This document shows, one piece after another, positions 1-12,743 of a DNA stretch of 59,021 nt. Each line of letters starts with the position of its first letter. Position 1 is the first letter of the stretch. The position numbers and the translations under genes were made by a program. The stretch is from Patellaria atrata CBS 101060 (taxonomy: Eukaryota). The notes under the pieces are model-generated. The model was not told where the DNA came from. It worked only from the letters and a program-made list of their open reading frames with translations, and did not search any database. The DNA lies in assembly GCA_010093705.1 (NCBI GenBank), contig MU006104.1, positions 496,001-555,021 on the forward strand. The letters run 5' to 3'.

Positions 1-742
1 AACGGGTACTAATCCATTCTCTGCTGCCCACTTCCTGACTCCTACTCGTCTGCCATCATACTCGTAACCCCAGTGTTGCCGGTCTTCTGGTTTACTTAGA
101 TGCAATTCATCGCTTGTTCCATTTGCAGGTGCAAATGCAATGAAGACGTATCGATGCTTTCCCGTCTTAGGCGGAGGCCCCGGAGGCTTATACTCCATTA
201 TCTCGTCGACCGATAATGCTGAAGATGACACCTTCACGTTCGTTGCGATCCAATGGCACATTTCCGACCATTCTGGGTCATCACGTGATGGAGCATCAGG
301 ATCCGTCAATGTGACAGTATACGTTATTGAGCTCGATGATGCCAGATCAGACGGGTCGTAGAGAGTGATATTTGGTTTATCTTGGGTATCATCTGGAGAA
401 ATAGTGTTCCCCAAGTGGGCAGTCTCATTGGAAGGCCAGCTTATGTTAAGGGTTAATCTTGGTATGAAGGTGTCAATCACTGTGATAACAGACAAACATC
501 AGAATCGCGTAACGACTAGTCCGTGTTGATAGTCAAACCTGTTGGTATGATCTCAGCTTTTTCGAGTCTATACGTACGATTAGTAGTTTCAATGTGAAGA
601 TCTTAGCTAGGACTTACTCCGAAATAACATCAAGATGATGGGTACTGGTATGTAGAACTTGTTGCTCGGTAGGCAAAGCATTGATTGCTGTGAGTAAGTT
701 AAAAGCAAAGAGCAATCCACGGAAAGCTGCTTTGAAAGCCAT
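1..742 (-). CDS. PEBP family (phosphatidylethanolamine-binding / carboxypeptidase Y inhibitor Tfs1-like) protein with N-terminal signal peptide; 3' end runs off the window
   Basis: Manual minus-strand translation from ATG at 742: MAFKAAFRGLLFAFNLLTAINALP..., two introns (~617-569, ~539-480), then VTLTDPDAPSRDDPEWSEMCHWIA...YKPPGPPPKTGKHRYVF, the PEBP DPDxP and GxHRY motifs. Not in the ORF track. Confidence 0.9.
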
Positions 743-1180
743 AATGACTAGTATGATGCGGTTATTAGCTCCAATGGGTACACTGAGAGCCAGTCACTAG
801 AGTTTCAATGTCAATTGAAATGATAGAAACAAAATCAATTTGTCTAAGAGAATCAATTTGACAAAGATGAAGATGCGGACCAGAAGAGCTATTCGCAAGA
901 ATGACATCAATACCGCGTTGACCATGCCAAGCACACGCGATACCGATTTCCGTACATTTCCATCCAAAGCCCTCAGGTACTGCACAACAGTACAAATTAA
1001 CTTTGAACAGCTGTATTCCGTATCTAGCATTCATAATAGAGGGTTATACATTATACTTAAATTAACAATTGAAATGTGAAGGTGTATTCCAATCTCCCAA
1101 TGACAAATTATGTGGTCCTTTTAGCTCTTTGACCTCCGTCTTCTCCACCTTCTCTCCCCCAACATACGCACAACCTCATC

Positions 1181-2284
1181 ATGGGCAAAGCTAATACCAA
1201 TGACAACGATCTCCTTGCCCGTCTTAACGCTCTCAAGCCATCTTCAGTATCTCTAACATCCAACATCGCTAGCAGCATACCTCTCACTCTCCAGCGTCCC
1301 GAGTCGGAGGCCCAAGTTAGAGACCTGGATCTTACAGCTCGGTTTCGGCGGCTCGGCACTCCAAGTTCATCCGCAGGAACACCCAAGGAGCTTGATCCTA
1401 AGGATGTACTTAAAGAGAAACCAGGGAATCGACACGAAACTGGGGGCGCAGATGATACTACTGAGGATGACAAGACTTTAGAGCAGTTGCTTGAAGAGCT
1501 AGGTCTGGAAAAGAAGGAGTGGAACGTTGGCGAAAAGGAGCAAGATGATGTTGAGAAATTGATGATGGAGGCTAAGGAGGTGGTGAAGAAGTCAGAGGAT
1601 ATGCGGGGTCTAGAAGGGAGAGGGGAGGACACCCAGGACGGGGACAAGGCGAAACAAGAAGCGGGAAAGGAGAATGGTGGAGGGCTGAAATCTCGTTCAC
1701 AGGAGGATCATGACATTGATGCAAAAGACGAAGAAGATGCGGATGAGTACATCGCACAAGTCCTTGCAGGGCTGAAATACGAAAAGAAATACAAAGAGCA
1801 CAATTTAGGCTCAGAATCTGAAGGTGATACCACAAAGGGGAGTAAAAAGGCTACAAAGGATGCACATGAAGACCCTTATACACCTACAGACAACGACTCT
1901 GAAGCCCCGTTTTCCCTACCCTCAGCGCCTACATCTCTCCCCACCCCCTCAACCACCGATTCTACAGACGAAACAGACATCCTCTCTGCCCGTATCTCCG
2001 CCCTAACTCTTCCCAGCGCCCCGACCTCTGCACCAAGCCCCAAAATCCGCAATTCATCTTCTAAAACTATTCCCTTCACTGATGAGGAAATTGATTCCTG
2101 GTGTATCATCTGCACTGACGACGCTACTCTAAAATGTCTCGGCTGCGATGGTGATCTATATTGCCATCGGTGCTGGAATGAGGGTCATAGGGGCCAGGAT
2201 GCGGGCTTTGAGGAGCGTAGGCACAGGGCGGTGAATTTCGCACAAAGTGGTGGTGCGGGGAGAAGGAAGGCTGCGGCTGTTTAG
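1181..2284 (+). CDS. ANCHR/ZFYVE19-like protein: acidic low-complexity region, MIM1-like motifs, C-terminal B-box-type zinc finger
   Basis: Intronless 367-aa ORF. C-terminal WCIICTDDATLKCLGCDGDLYCHRCWNEGH...H matches the ZFYVE19 C-terminal B-box pattern. No FYVE domain is visible. Confidence 0.75.
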   Translation: MGKANTNDNDLLARLNALKPSSVSLTSNIASSIPLTLQRPESEAQVRDLDLTARFRRLGTPSSSAGTPKELDPKDVLKEKPGNRHETGGADDTTEDDKTLEQLLEELGLEKKEWNVGEKEQDDVEKLMMEAKEVVKKSEDMRGLEGRGEDTQDGDKAKQEAGKENGGGLKSRSQEDHDIDAKDEEDADEYIAQVLAGLKYEKKYKEHNLGSESEGDTTKGSKKATKDAHEDPYTPTDNDSEAPFSLPSAPTSLPTPSTTDSTDETDILSARISALTLPSAPTSAPSPKIRNSSSKTIPFTDEEIDSWCIICTDDATLKCLGCDGDLYCHRCWNEGHRGQDAGFEERRHRAVNFAQSGGAGRRKAAAV

Positions 2285-2542
2285 GGGAAGAAAGAAGAAA
2301 ATAGCGTAGGCGAGAGGGGTGAGCTATCAATTCAGAGTTATGGTAAGAGAAGATTTCCCTTATACACAACACATAATGCCGAGAATAAAGCCATACCAGT
2401 ACGTTGTACAAACTGACGCAAGATCCAGAAGTCTTAAATTAGATCAGGATTTCATTCACTGACCCAGGCGGTAAGCAAATGTATTTCGCTGGTTTGATTA
2501 AGAGAATGGCCGAAACTTCAATACCTTGTAAATCTACACTCT

Positions 2543-5479
2543 CTATAACCCAGACCACCAACTTGTCTCTTGGACTGTAATCCTCTTCGTCAAAAAATTA
2601 CCCATGCTACTAGTACCAATCAATATATCGTATTCCCCCTTCTCCGAAATCCATTTATCCCTGGATTCATCCCAATAGCTAAACGCATACTTAGCGTCAA
2701 CACTCACTGTCGCCGTCGCCGCCTTCCCAGACACTACAAAAACCTTCTTGAATCCTTTTAGCTCCCTCACTGGCCGTTGTATCGATGGTTCAATCGGTTG
2801 AATATAAACCTGTACAACTTCCGCACCGTCTACAGAGCCAACATTGTTGACGTTCACCGTGACAATCACTCTCTGCGAATTCTGGACCCGTAAATCGTTG
2901 AGCTTGAATGTAGTATACGACAATCCATGTCCAAACGGAAATAACACCGGCCTGAGTACTTTCTGGTAGTATTTATATCCTACGTAAACATCCTCGCCGT
3001 ACAGTACCCTTCCGGCCTCGGACCTGAAATTGAAGAAGGCGGGGTTATCCTGTACACGTTTAGGAAAGCTCAAGGGAAGTTTGCCGGATGGGTTTACATC
3101 GCCGAACAAGATGTCTGCGATAGCATTTCCAGTTTCGTTACCCCCATACCATGCTTGTACGAGAGCATTTACCTCATCCACCCACGGCATAGTGACTGGC
3201 GTACCAGATTGGATGACGACGGCTGTGTTGGGATTTGCAGCTGCAACGGCGGAGATCATCTCGTCCACATGCCCCGGGAGATCCATGTGCGGTCGGTCCG
3301 CTCCTTCGGTTTCGAATTCGGACTTTCATATTGTTAGTTCACAATCTCTGGGGACTACCATTGGGTTGAAACTCACGTTTAGACCTGCAAATATCACTAC
3401 CTGGTCACACTCTTTGGCTAGTTGTACCGCTTTTTCGATCTCTTTTTCTGGGTCGGTCCTCTTGGTTCCCCCGACAATAAGTCCACCGCCTGTCAAATCA
3501 ATATCTGAAATCGGCCTATAGTTCGCTACAGCAACTGATCCCCACTGTACGTAGAATCTGTACGATTCACCTGCTTTAAGCTCCATAGAACCTCTCTCCT
3601 CGATTGTTCCCGTGCAAAAGAAGGTTTCCGCAGGTGTTTGTTTGGTCCAGTTATCAACGACCAGCTCATCGTTTATCCAGAGTTTGGCCTTACCAGCCGC
3701 TGTGAGTCCGAAGTCGTACATACCGCTCTCTTCTGGTGCCAATATACCTTCAACGTCTGCGTAGTATCCATTGATCGGATCCAAGTTTTTGTGTCGAAAG
3801 TCCGCTAGAAACATGGATGAGTTCTTCAGGTCCAAGCTGTCTACTGGTTTCCTGTCTTTGATGTCTGGCGAATCCGAATAGAAAGTGATCGTGAAGCCAG
3901 GTTTTCCCTCCTTAGTCTTCAGCAGTGGTCCGACCTGAGGGAGATTCATATATGCTGTAGCACCTAGAGCGTAGCTATACTTATCTGTTTTGGCCTTGAC
4001 CCCGTCGAAAGGCGTTACTGCGTAATAGGGGATTAGAGCAGCCGATCCACCGCCACAAAAGGTAGCAACCTTAGCATTTGGTCCGATGATCGCAATCTTC
4101 TTATCTTTTTTAAACGGTAATACCCGTTTCTCATTCTTGAGCAGAACGATGGACGCTGCCGCAACGTCCCTTAGTATTTTCGCAGTCTCTTGTGTATCGA
4201 TCGCCTTCTCTTCTGCATTCTCTGTAATGCTCGTTGCGGAAACCCTCTTGACGAGCTCCAAGACCTTCCGCGCGCGGTCCTCTACATCATACTTTGAAAC
4301 TTTCTTCCCGTTCACCGCGGACGTCAACAGATTCCCTCTCCACTTCGTCGGTCCCGGCATCTCGAGATCCATTCCCGCGAGCACGGCGCCGGAAGTCGAA
4401 TACGTGCCAAACCTTCCTCAAGTCAGCGATCCCTTCCTTCAATTCCAGCTCCAACCAAGCCCAGATCAAAGAAAGCCAGAATTCCTACCAATCACTCATC
4501 ACGAGTCCCTCAAACCCCCACTCCCTCCTCAACACCCCATCCACCAATCTCTTTTCCTCACTAACATGCCGACCATTAACCTTATTATACGCCGTCATGA
4601 CAGCCCCCATCCCAACCTCCCTCTGACAAATCATAAAAGGCAACAAATAACACTCCCTCAACGCCCTCTCGGACACCACACTCGACACACTCATCCTCTC
4701 ATGCTCCTGATCATTACAAACAAAATGCTTCACGCACGCCACCACGCCCTCCCCCTCGACCCCCTTAACCACACTCGCCGCGCACAGTCCCGAGAGAACT
4801 GGGTCCTCCGAGAACGACTCGAACCCCCGCCCTCCAAGCGGCGAGCGCTGGATGTTTATCGTCGGCCCGAGAAGCACGTGTGCGCCTTTCGCCCGCGTCT
4901 CGCGGCCGAGCAGCGACCCCGCGGTTTCCAGGAGCGAAGTGTCCCATGTGGCTCCGAGCGCGGTGCCACAGGGAAGACAGGCGGCTGGGACGCCGTTGAA
5001 GAAGCGGGTGCCGCGGGCGCCATTGGGGCCGTCGGTCACGCGGATGCTGGGGACGTGGAGGCGAGGGATCGGAGTCGTGTGCCAGAAGTCGCGGCCTGTT
5101 GGGGGTCAGTGTTTATTCTCTGGCGGTGTTGTGGTATGAGCGGGAGATTTATGGATGGTGGTTCCGGGGGGGGGGGGGGTTGTATGTTGTACAGGCCGCT
5201 TTAAGGAGAGGTGTGATTCATTGTATGCGTATGATGAAATGTACGAGGAGCCTCCCATTGTTCGTAGGGATTTTGAATATGGGGAATACGAGTCTGTCGA
5301 CACCGGGAATCGATAGTCCCCCAAGGGCCGTGTGAAGAGCGTACTTCAGCTCCAGAACACCAACTACAAGAGGGCAAATAATAACAATTGAAGTAGAAAA
5401 ACACCGTACCAGCGAGTAGACTGATCCTCTCCGAATCCGTCAATTTACCAAGAACATCTTCTACATCGAAGTCCTGCAT
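2543..5479 (-). CDS. GH3 beta-glucosidase, intracellular type with PA14 insert and Fn3-like C-terminus
   Basis: Exons ~5479-5410, 5095-4487, ~4409-3379, ~3324-2543. Motifs [33 protein letters not shown] (nucleophile Asp), [28 protein letters not shown]. No signal peptide. Confidence 0.95.
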
Positions 5480-6826
5480 TGCTCTTGACTACCTGGATAT
5501 ACGAATTCGACTTCGGCCTAGGAGGACGGGAGAACGAGAAAAGAAAAGCACGGAGAAGCGGACATATCGACAAACAAAACGAAGGTGTCCATTTTATATA
5601 TCTTTATACACGGCCCTAATAACCATCGCTGCAACCCCTTCGCTAAACAAGCTGTCGGTACCTACTATACCGTTCCCCAGATATTCAAAAGAGCATACCC
5701 TTACCTTATGGGTATTGCTTGTTGGCGAAACTCCGGTGTATATGCGGGAAGAGACGGTTCATCTTCGGGACGGCTGGTAGGATGCATGAAACGTATAGAC
5801 ATTGACATATCCGACAAATGGAAAGGCGGCTACTATAGACGATTGTAAATGTGCTGCCAGATTGAGTCGCGAACAAGACGCTAAAGGCTTAGAGACGAGA
5901 GTGAGGTGCTTGTACGGAACACATGAGATACTGAAATGCTCATGGTACGACCGTGGATTGGGGTAGGACTTGAGTTTGCTGTAGGAAACCCCGCAGTGGC
6001 GGCCCGGGTTGCCGAATATGAAGTAGATGTGGAAGTATGGCAGTGCCGAAATAAAAGAAAGTTGATGAAGGATTGGACTTTATACTCTACTGTTGCAGGT
6101 TGAAAAGCACTGATTTGAACGTCAATTGAAATGGTACAGTTGATATTCTACATAATGATTTCTGTCAACTTATCCTGGTCCGTAGACTTTCCTCCAGGTT
6201 GCTGCCCGGATCCGTTTCCTATACTCGTTTTCGAGTATTTTGTTCGGAGCTACTTTGGGCTCCGGAATTTCTGGAAGGTGCTCTTCCCTTCCATATGCTG
6301 CCAATTGCAGCGTCAACACCTGTACCCGAAAGTCAAACTATCACCAGGAAGAAGTTAGTATTAAGTCAGTGCGAATGCTAAAGTCTGTTGCGAGCCAGGT
6401 AGTCATAGGGATAGTGTATAGTGGCGTCTCACTGGGAATAATCAGATAGAATTGGTAGTATACTGTACAGCCATGCATTTTTCGGTACGGCAATGCACTT
6501 CGCGTAGCAAAGCGGTATCCAAGTATTGCAATTTCTCAAAATACCAAGTGGCACGGCGCATTGCATTCCGGTAGCAATAGCCGTGTCTAAGTATTCTACT
6601 TTTCCTCCCATATTATCTACTAGTACAGCAGGATACATTTTGTGTAGCAAAAGCCGTAGCCAGCTATGATTTGTCTCCTACGGCAAGGTATACCCCGCAG
6701 GAAGCGCAAGATGGAAGGGTCGGTTTCGAAGTATATGACTTTTGTTGGTCGAAAGATATCGTCGAACGGATGGCATGCATCGTTATGCAGGGACACTATC
6801 CAGAGAGTGAAAGTATGGTGCAATGC

Positions 6827-8390
6827 TCAGGATATGGAACCCACCTCCGATGAATTCGGATCAACACCTTTACCGGATGCAGACTTGCTGACATCCTTCA
6901 TGAGGACATCCGTATCCTCTTTATCACCAGGCGAAGCATTTCTCCGTCTCTTTGCACTCGCATCGTATCGTTCAACCGAGCGGCGTCGTTTACGTTCATT
7001 CGGTGAACTTTTGCCCGAGGGGCTGGACTCGCGACGTCCTGTTCGTGATTCAGGTACAGATTCCTTTCGATCGTCAGTATAAGCCTTTTTGTCATCACTA
7101 GTAGCCGAGAGCGATCTTGTGCTTTGACGTCTTCTCCGCCTATGTTGTGGGCTTAGTGATCGAAGGGACGACCTCGAGAGTGAACGCGAGATAGACCTGT
7201 TTCGGTAGGTATCGGCGCGACGGTTCCTTGGGTGGGGACTTCTTGACACACGTCGTGAAAGGGGACGGTCTTCCCTACTTCGCCGACTTCTAGGAGAAGG
7301 TGAGCGTAATGACGCGCGTGGGGTTGTGGATCGATAGCGTTCACTACGAGTTCCTGCCCTCTGTCTGCTTCCAATGGACCTTGATCTAGTCCTTGACCTT
7401 GACATATCTCGACTTGAATATGGGCCACGTCTACGGCGGGGAGGAGTACGTGACCTAGTTGGTGATCTTCGACGACGACGAGGTGGACTTGGGGACCGGC
7501 TGTGTGATGTGCTGCGAGATCGAGCATACCTGCGCGGTGGAGGTGATCCCGTTCTTGACCTTGAACGACGTGGTGAACGGCTCCTCGATGGGGAGCGAGC
7601 GCGACGTCTATCGTCGCGTCTTCTGAAACCTGACGGTACATAAGTATCATGTTCGCGCCTGGGTGGTGGTCGTTCTCGATATCGTGGAGGTGATCTAGAA
7701 GCTCTACGCGATCTTCGATCAGAGTCGCGACTCACGCGTCCACCACGTCCTCTACCTTGAATGCTACGATCACCATGTTCGCGTTGTCTGATATTTTCTA
7801 CATCCGCATCTCTGATTCGTTCAGTCTCTCGCTGTTTGCGTGCTGCTTCTGCAGCTTTTTCTGCCTCAATCTAATAATATTGTTAGACTTTTCGTTGTTA
7901 CGACACGACAAATGTCTTACTTTTTCTTGAATTAATTCTAGCTTCTTTGCTTCAAGTAGCTCCTTGGGAACTCCCAAATTATTTTCTTGTGCACTGAGAC
8001 AAAGACCCCACAGTTCTTTGCAGAAAGTTGCTGCATCTTTGTCGAGAAAACCAGTGAGCTGTATCTGTAGGTTCTTAATGTTGGGCTACACGACAATCAT
8101 TAGACTGGGCTGGCAAATTTGCGAGATGCGACTTACGAAGCGTTCACCCTCCAAGAGATTGAAGCATAGCTCAATCACAATGTCATCTTCATTGCCGAGG
8201 ATCTCCGATATCTTGCCAGCAATCCACCTATGTCAATGGTTAGCGAAACGTTCAGCAGACGCGAAATTGTCCAAACATAAACATACTTCTTCATGACCTC
8301 AATCTTTACCTTGCGCATGTCGACTTTCTGGTTGAATTCGGGCGGAAACTTCGTCGACTTGAGCAACTTCTGATCCACGGTGGTAGCCAT
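6827..8390 (-). CDS. PWI-domain serine/arginine-rich splicing coactivator (SRRM1/SRm160-like)
   Basis: Starts MATTVDQKLLKSTKFPPEFNQKVDMRKVKIEVMKK (PWI N-terminus). Three introns (~8287-8229, ~8136-8086, ~7920-7873), QLTGFL motif, long RS/RSP-rich last exon. The exact 3' end is uncertain because a possible donor lies near 6844. Confidence 0.88.
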
Positions 8391-9266
8391 GGTGAATTGA
8401 GAGATGTTGTTCACCAAGTCAAAGCTGACAAGTTTTTCGACACGGTGAGTTGTGGATGAGAAGTTGAGAAGGTAAAGCTCTGACGATCAAATGTGGCTTG
8501 TTGGCCCGTGCGCTCAATTGCGCTAGGCAGCAGCCGCGGGCTTGGCGTCAACTCCACTACTATGATGCGCTAAGCCAGAGTAGGTGCTCCCGAAAGGGAA
8601 AATTCCATATTTGTCTCTTCTAGCTGTTGAATTCATACTGACGGGAGCGTGAATTATGACTTTAGAACATGCAGATAACAAGGAATAAAAGAAAGACCCA
8701 TCTGGGAGATTTAGTGGGATGGTAAGGCACGGCCACAGCAGAGAGAAGGGGAAACTACAGTAGGAGAGGGGGGCAAGAACAGAGCAGTATTGCGGTAAGG
8801 ATCTTCTTATGTTTACTGTGGTCATGTAAATCTGGAAGTAGATAGAGACGGGACTAAGTGCAGATGGAACTACCTTAAGGTATCTGTGTTAGTTGAGTTG
8901 GTATCACTAGCTAGGAAGGAAATGCCAAATAATTGAACAACCAAGGAGTTAAATGGTCCTTCACATTGGATCGACTTAAACAGTATGTATCTATGTACGA
9001 GAAAGAACATTCATCAAAAGGGAAGTCACTAAGAAGACAGAACCGCCTACTTCAGAATTGTAACTCGCCATGCTCTTTTCTACACTACCATTCTCCCTCT
9101 CCTATAAACCCGCTGCCCAAAAACCCTTCAATATCACTAAAGAAAGAGATTCTATCCTGAGCAGAGTTTATACTGTCGTTTCTAGAGAGCAGTACGGTAT
9201 ATCTATCTCGATTTCGACACCTCATACTGTCAGTTTATCGTCAATTGAACTTTCGAAAAGCTTGAA

Positions 9267-10617
9267 ATGGCAGACGCTCCCGAGGACCAGACTGTGCCTC
9301 CTGTTGACCCTGCTCCAGAGGAGCTAGCAGTTGATGCACCAAAAGGTATTCTCATCGCAAGATATTTATGGAGCTTACGGTACTGACACCTAAAGATCCT
9401 GCAGATCCTGCCCCGGAACCAGCTCCCGAGCCAGAAGCAGACCCGGTACCTGAGGCGGAACCCGAAGCAGAGCCTGATCCTGCCGCAGAACCTGATCCTA
9501 CCGCAGAACCTGATCCTGCCGCAGAACCTGATCCTGCTGTAGAGCCTGATCCTGTCGCAGATCCTGAGTCGGTTGAGCCACAACCGGAACCTGAGCCTGC
9601 AGCAGAGGGTATGACCCTCCTCTATGATAATGAGACCGCAACTAATAGTGTCTCTTTGAAGAACTGGCGGAAGAACCTCTCAAGCAAGTAGTGATAGCCA
9701 CGACGGAGAACGGCGACCCAGTGGTGGTTGTTATCAACGATCCCGCACCAGAGGAAGAGCCTCCTAAACCACTTTCAAGAGCGAATACGGAACCCGTCAG
9801 GTCCAGGGCTGCATCCGTTATAGAAGCTATTGCAAGCAGAAAACCCTCGAGCGCTGCTAGCAGGAAAGCATCTGTCGCTGAGGAGGCCGCTAGCAGAAAG
9901 GCATCCATCGCTTCAGAAGCTGCCAGTAGAAAAGCCTCCATCGCTGAAGACGCCGCCAGCAGAAAAGCTTCCATCGCTGAGGATGCTGCAAGCAGAAAGA
10001 GCTCAATTGCTTCAGAAGCTGCCAGCAGGAAAGCTTCCGTAGCAGAGAAAGCTGCGAGCAGAAAGGCTTCTCTTGCTGAAGAAATCGCAAGTAGGAAGCA
10101 ATCATTGGCCGAGGCTGTCGCCAGCAGGAAAGCTTCCATACTAGCCAGTAGAAAAGCTTCAGCAGCAGAGGAAGTTGCTGAAGCACTGGCTGAAATTGCG
10201 GCGGAGGCTCCTCCACCAGCAGCGGTAGTACCACCTCTACAAAAACAACCAACAGTACCAACTGTTCCAGAAGAGAATCCAGGTAAGAAAGTCCCAGCAA
10301 CATCATTCAAGACTCATAAATGACCCCCTAAAGCGGAGTTCTTCGCTCTTCATCCTTACTGCTTTCCTTTCCGACTTGAGACTTATCGTTCAGTAGCAGC
10401 AGATCCTACAGATCCGCCCATAGACGACGCAGTTACACTCGCCGAATCAGAGCCTCCGCCTCGGATCCCACGAAAGCGTGACAAGATGAGAGCCAAGACC
10501 CCCTATGCCGTGCACGCCGCTATTCTTGGGAAAGAGGTAGCAGACAAAATCCGACCCATGCTCCTTGAAGCAGCCGCGAAGCCTACCGTAGCTAAAGTAG
10601 TCGCCGAACCAGTCTGA
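9267..10617 (+). CDS. Low-complexity repeat protein (EPDPA repeats and ASRKAS 11-mer repeats), function unknown
   Basis: ATG at 9267 (MADAPEDQTVPP). GT-AG introns ~9346-9393, ~9609-9660 and ~10283-10333 join the ORF-track pieces into one frame ending ...VAKVVAEPV-TGA at 10617. Confidence 0.75.
9400..9608 (+). repeat. Coding 18-nt tandem repeat (GCAGAACCTGATCCTGCC-like; AEPDPA/EP units)
   Basis: Near-identical gcagaacctgatcct units repeat directly in the sequence and encode AEPDPAAEPDPTAEPDPAAEPDPAVEPDPV. Confidence 0.9.
9832..10165 (+). repeat. Coding ~33-nt tandem repeat encoding ASRKAS(I/V/L)AE(E/D)A units
   Basis: 11 ASRKxS motifs counted in ORF 9691-10323, mostly 11 aa apart, with many synonymous differences between copies. 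Confidence 0.9.
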
Positions 10618-11119
10618 CTCGGTGGAAGCCAGATAAAGGGCGCCCTGGGAAACAAGGCATTCTTGAAATATCCTTGGGATCTCACGCCTATGGAAAAGGA
10701 ATTTCGACGGAAGAAAAAGCGTGGTCTTATTGACGATGACGAACCTATCCAAATTTGAACACACGACGGAAGCCGTAGCGGGGTATCGTGTGCTTAGGAT
10801 TGTTTATTTCTGTGTGGGACAGCGCATTGTTATCTTGTTACTTTGGTTTCCCTTCAATCTTGTCTTCTCAGTATAGGGGTTGTGGATATGCGCTCTAACC
10901 TTGAAACCTCCTTATGATAGATACCTAACGAAGCAACGCAATACTCTTCCTAAGTAGACATTTCTACATCGTGTTCTTGAAGTTCTACACTTAAGACAAA
11001 GCGCATTTTAAGGGGTGGTAGATTGTCCACTATCCACCATCCATCGAAGAGATGCTTGAGGAGCGCTTGGTAGTCTCCAATCTCTTCCCGGTTCCAATGC
11101 CATCACCTCTAACCCTCAT

Positions 11120-11464
11120 TCATCTCCCTAACTCAGCAACAACCCTCCTCACCTCCTCTCTCGCCTCCCTCAACTCCCTATCCAGCCCTTCTCTCTGCGC
11201 TATCTTGACGGTTTGATGGAGTTCCACAAGCTCTCTTGCCCTCCTTAAATCTTGATCGTCATCATCCTTGCTCTGTATAGTGCTTGTGGATTGCTCCGAC
11301 CCATCTCCAGGACGGATGGACACGAGGGCGAGCGCAGCGGAGGGATCCTATGCAATTGGTGTTAGCAGGAGTAAGTTAAGGCATGGGTGACGCAGATAGG
11401 AGAGACATACGCAGACGCGGAGGGTGTTGATGTCAGAAAGGATTTGTGCGACCGTGAGAGGCAT
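11120..11464 (-). CDS. Small hypothetical protein (~93 aa) with a predicted helical, charged C-terminus
   Basis: ATG at 11464 gives MPLTVAQILSDINTLRVC, then intron 11410-11348 (GTATGT...CTAAC...TAG), then DPSAALALVS...DLRRARELVELH...LGR-TGA. Confidence 0.75.
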
Positions 11465-11933
11465 GTTGGATACCCACAGTCCTGGAAGTCTGGTCGACGA
11501 TCGGACTCTTGGATTGTGGAAGAGTTGATGATGGGATACGGTGGAATTCAGTCAAGCTCGGACTGATGTCGCAACGAAAACAAAGCTCCGAACGCTTCCC
11601 CGCAACAACGTAATTCTACAGCTTCCATTCTTAAACACCTCCCAATTCCATAATATTCCTAGTAAGTACAGTGACCATATTCATTTCTTACGGTACTAAA
11701 GATCTTGTAGACAACTGTACTATAGAAACATCCCCAATCGAGCTTCCGTCGCCTCCCTCCTCAACTCCGAAGCTCCAGCATCTCCACCCAGTAATCCATA
11801 TTTCACCATAGCACTCAGGAGCCTCTCCAATTGGATCATACCCACCTATATCTATATACATATTTTTATATACACATAGCTATATGCCCCCCTACCTCCC
11901 TCAAACATCATTCACCACCCCCTTACCACCACA

Positions 11934-12743
11934 ATGTCCACCCTCAACGCCCTAAAACAAAACTGCAGGAAAGTAATCTGCATCGGGCGCAACTACGCCG
12001 ACCACATCGCCGAGCTAAATAACACACGACCCAAGCAGCCCTTCTTCTTCCTCAAGCCCTCTTCGTCGATCCTGCTCCCGGACCATGGTCCCGTCCTGCG
12101 ACCCAAGGGCGTGAGTCTGCACTACGAGGTCGAGCTCGCGCTCGTGATCGGGAGGACGGTGCGGGATCTAGACGAGAGGGACGAAGAAGGGGTATTGGGG
12201 GCCATTGAGTGTGAGTTTGGGATTCTTTAGAACCCTTTCTTACATTAAGGGGTTGAATAAACCGTGGGCTTCCACACACAAAAGCTACCTTACTAACCCC
12301 TTCCCTGTACCACAGCATACCTCCTCGCCATCGACATGACCGCCCGCAACGTCCAAGAAGAAGCGAAGAAGAAAGGTCTCCCCTGGTCCATCGCAAAAGG
12401 CTTCGACACCTTCCTACCCATCTCCTCCGTAATCCCGAAGACCGCGATTCCAGACCCTCATAACGTCCATCTTTCCCTCTCTGTGAATGACCAGGTGAGA
12501 CAATCGGACAATACTGAACTGATGCTGTTCAAAATCCCGCGGCAAATAGCCGAGATTAGTAAGGTGATGACACTCGAGAAGGGGGATATCGTGCTCACGG
12601 GTACGCCGAAGGGGGTGGGTAGTGTGGAAGCGGGGGATGTCATGAAGTGCGGCATCAAGGTTGACGGGAAGGAGTTGCAGGAAGGGCGGATAGAGGTTGA
12701 AGTGAAGGACAGAGAGGGGCTGTATGAATTCAGAGAGACATAG
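11934..12743 (+). CDS. Fumarylacetoacetate hydrolase family protein (FAHD1/Fmp41-like)
   Basis: KVICIGRNYADH, PFFFLKPSS, HYEVEL, intron ~12211-12316, DMTARNVQ, GLPWSIAKGFDTF, TLEKGDIVLTGTPKGVG. Confidence 0.95.

Noticed and set aside
4086..5204. 372-aa plus-strand ORF, and similar long antisense or alternative-frame ORFs (e.g. 9642-10310, 25769-26389, 26414-27055, 29611-30240)
   Set aside because: They overlap well-supported genes and are explained by GC-rich or repetitive codon usage. They show no recognisable domains.
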